Source of the DNA: an uncultured Anaerolineaceae bacterium
Lineage (GTDB): Bacteria; Chloroflexota; Anaerolineae; Anaerolineales; E44-bin32
Length of the DNA: 26,343 nt
Reading direction: 5' to 3'
Assembly (NCBI GenBank): GCA_964348265.1
Contig: CAYGCA010000022.1
Span: 2,504 to 28,846 of the forward strand
Part shown: positions 25,131 to 26,343 of the stretch, in pieces
Layout of the letters: every line of letters begins with the position of its first letter
How positions within the stretch are numbered: the stretch's first letter is position 1
Position numbers and translations under genes: made by a program
Notes under the pieces: generated by a model
Database searches by the model: none
What the model saw: the letters and a program-made list of their open reading frames with translations, nothing else
What the model was told of the DNA's origin: nothing

Positions 25131-25807
25131 GGCGCCATTCCCTTCTGCTGATTGACGATGACAAGACCCTGACCGCCTTGCTTGGCGATCATCTTCGCAG
25201 CGCAGGCTACGCAGTAACAATCGCCAACCACGGGGAGGAGGCGCTATCCCGCCTAGCTAAAGGCCAGCCTGACCTGGTGATTCTAGACGTCATGATGCCC
25301 GGAATGGACGGCTGGCAGGTCCTGGAGAAGGTTCGAGTGAACTCGGACGTGCCGATCATCATGCTGACCGCCAAGGATCAAGAGTTCGACAAGCTGCGCG
25401 CCTTCAGGCGTGGAGTAGACGACTACGTCACCAAGCCCTTCTCTTTCGCCGAGCTCACAGCCCGCGTGCAGGCGGTGCTGAGCCGCTTGGCCCGTTCGAT
25501 CGAGAATCAGGACAAACTGACCACAGGCGACCTTGAGATCGATTTTCTTCGCCGAAGGGTGACTCGAAATGGAACCCCGGTTGACCTTACCCCCACCGAA
25601 TACAGCATTCTCGAGGTTCTGGCGCGCCGGCCCGACGTGCCTGTCGCTTCGGAAGAGTTGGTCAGCCAGGTTTGGGGCCCAGCGTATCAAGGCGAAGTGG
25701 AACACGTCAAACACTATATCTGGTCCCTTCGCCGCAAGTTGGAGGCCGATCCCGGCGATCCGGCGCACCTCGTGACGGAGCGAGGCTACGGCTACCGATT
25801 GGTATAA
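25127..25807 (+). CDS. OmpR/PhoB-family response regulator
   Basis: LIDDD, ILDVMMP, LTAK, KPF and winged helix LTPTEY...LVTERGYGY; ATGA overlap with the kinase. Confidence 0.95.
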   Translation: MRRHSLLLIDDDKTLTALLGDHLRSAGYAVTIANHGEEALSRLAKGQPDLVILDVMMPGMDGWQVLEKVRVNSDVPIIMLTAKDQEFDKLRAFRRGVDDYVTKPFSFAELTARVQAVLSRLARSIENQDKLTTGDLEIDFLRRRVTRNGTPVDLTPTEYSILEVLARRPDVPVASEELVSQVWGPAYQGEVEHVKHYIWSLRRKLEADPGDPAHLVTERGYGYRLV

Positions 25808-25938
25808 CGCCGGACTACTAGGGCGAGCGACCGAGGGAGAGCCGCTGGGGAGGGACCCCTTCGGCTCCTCCATTCTTGGTCTGAAGACCAAAGCCCCCAG
25901 GCTCTCCGGGGCCATCCTACAGACAACCCACACCCTGT

Positions 25939-25971
25939 CTAGACCTTGCCTAGACCTTGCCCTGCTAAGCT
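25939..25971 (+). promoter_or_regulatory. 11-bp tandem direct repeat (CTAGACCTTGC x2) followed by extended -10 (TG-C-TAAGCT)
   Basis: Exact repeat at 25939-25949 and 25950-25960, TG at 25963-64, TAAGCT at 25966-71, and AGGAGG at 25990-95 before ATG 26000. Confidence 0.65.
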
Positions 25972-25999
25972 AAGGTGGGCTTCCGTTCCAGGAGGCAGT

Positions 26000-26343
26000 A
26001 TGGCGCGCGGCACCTATCGGGTCGATCTGCCCGACCTGGGCTTCTACCAGCAGTCAGTTTCATGCCAGAACGCCTGTCCGGTAAGGACAGACGCTCGTGG
26101 CTACGTCAACGCGATCGCGCTGGGGGAGTACGAGCGGGCCTATCTGATCGCTCGCGAGACCAACCCCTTCGCCTCTACCTGTGGATGGGTGTGCGGCGCG
26201 CCCTGCGAGGCCGCCTGTCGGCGGGGATCGATCGACGCTCCTATCGCGATCCGGGCCCTTAAGCGCTTCGTCAATGATCGCCACGGTGTGTATCTTGGGG
26301 AGGACAGAGAGCCGCGCCAGCCGCCATCCTGGCGGGCCTATGG
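26000..26343 (+). CDS. N-terminus of a GltD/SudA/NfnA-like FAD- and Fe-S-dependent oxidoreductase; truncated by the window edge
   Basis: Not in the ORF track. Manual translation gives MARGTYRVDLPDLGFYQQSVSCQNACPVRTDARGYVNAIALGEYERAYLIARETNPFASTCGWVCGAPCEAACRRGSIDAPIAIRALKRF, the Fer4_20-type Cys pattern; AGGAGG ribosome-binding site. Confidence 0.9.
   Translation, partial: MARGTYRVDLPDLGFYQQSVSCQNACPVRTDARGYVNAIALGEYERAYLIARETNPFASTCGWVCGAPCEAACRRGSIDAPIAIRALKRFVNDRHGVYLGEDREPRQPPSWRAY

Noticed and set aside
25826-25910. GC-rich stems after the response regulator, including TTGGTC-TGAA-GACCAA at 25876-25891
   Set aside because: No U-tract and no tRNA, SRP or riboswitch consensus; may aid termination but is not supportable as a feature.
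1-26343. The many 60-300 aa antisense or alternate-frame ORFs in the track; also CRISPR arrays, tRNAs, IS elements, selenocysteine readthrough and programmed frameshifts
   Set aside because: The alternate ORFs lie over well-supported genes, as expected in GC-rich DNA. I saw no spaced repeat arrays, cloverleafs, transposase motifs or split genes by eye.

Overview
Bacterial chromosomal window of roughly 60% GC (estimated by eye), probably from a Chloroflexota (Anaerolineae-like) genome; the taxonomy is inferred from protein style and ccm gene layout. It holds about 25 genes and no rRNA, tRNA, CRISPR array or mobile element that I can support. Left to right: a truncated membrane sensor-like gene (-); a BNR/Asp-box beta-propeller plus a CysO/MoaD-like ubiquitin-fold protein whose GG is capped by a 17-aa tail (+); a two-HKD phospholipase D/nuclease-family gene followed by a HerA/FtsK-like ATPase (-); tag, a VOC protein and a signal-peptide-less PhnD-like protein (-); yhhN and sixA (+); mutS2 and a fused alpha/beta 2-oxoacid dehydrogenase E1 (-); a ten-gene cytochrome c maturation cluster (-): ccmE, ccmF, ccmH, tlpA/ccmG-like, Zn-ribbon protein, diheme c lipoprotein, ccmA, ccmB, ccmC, ccmD-like; a divergent PAS histidine kinase and OmpR-family regulator (+); and the 5' end of a GltD/Fer4_20-type Fe-S flavoprotein preceded by an exact 11-bp tandem direct repeat. 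The best leads are the hybrid System I/I* ccm cluster (CxxxY CcmE together with CcmH and a thioredoxin, plus two embedded accessory genes), the propeller/capped-Ubl pair and the PLD/HerA-like pair. Start sites were reassigned from the ORF track using Shine-Dalgarno motifs and stop/start overlaps. All family calls are by motif recognition, not database search.
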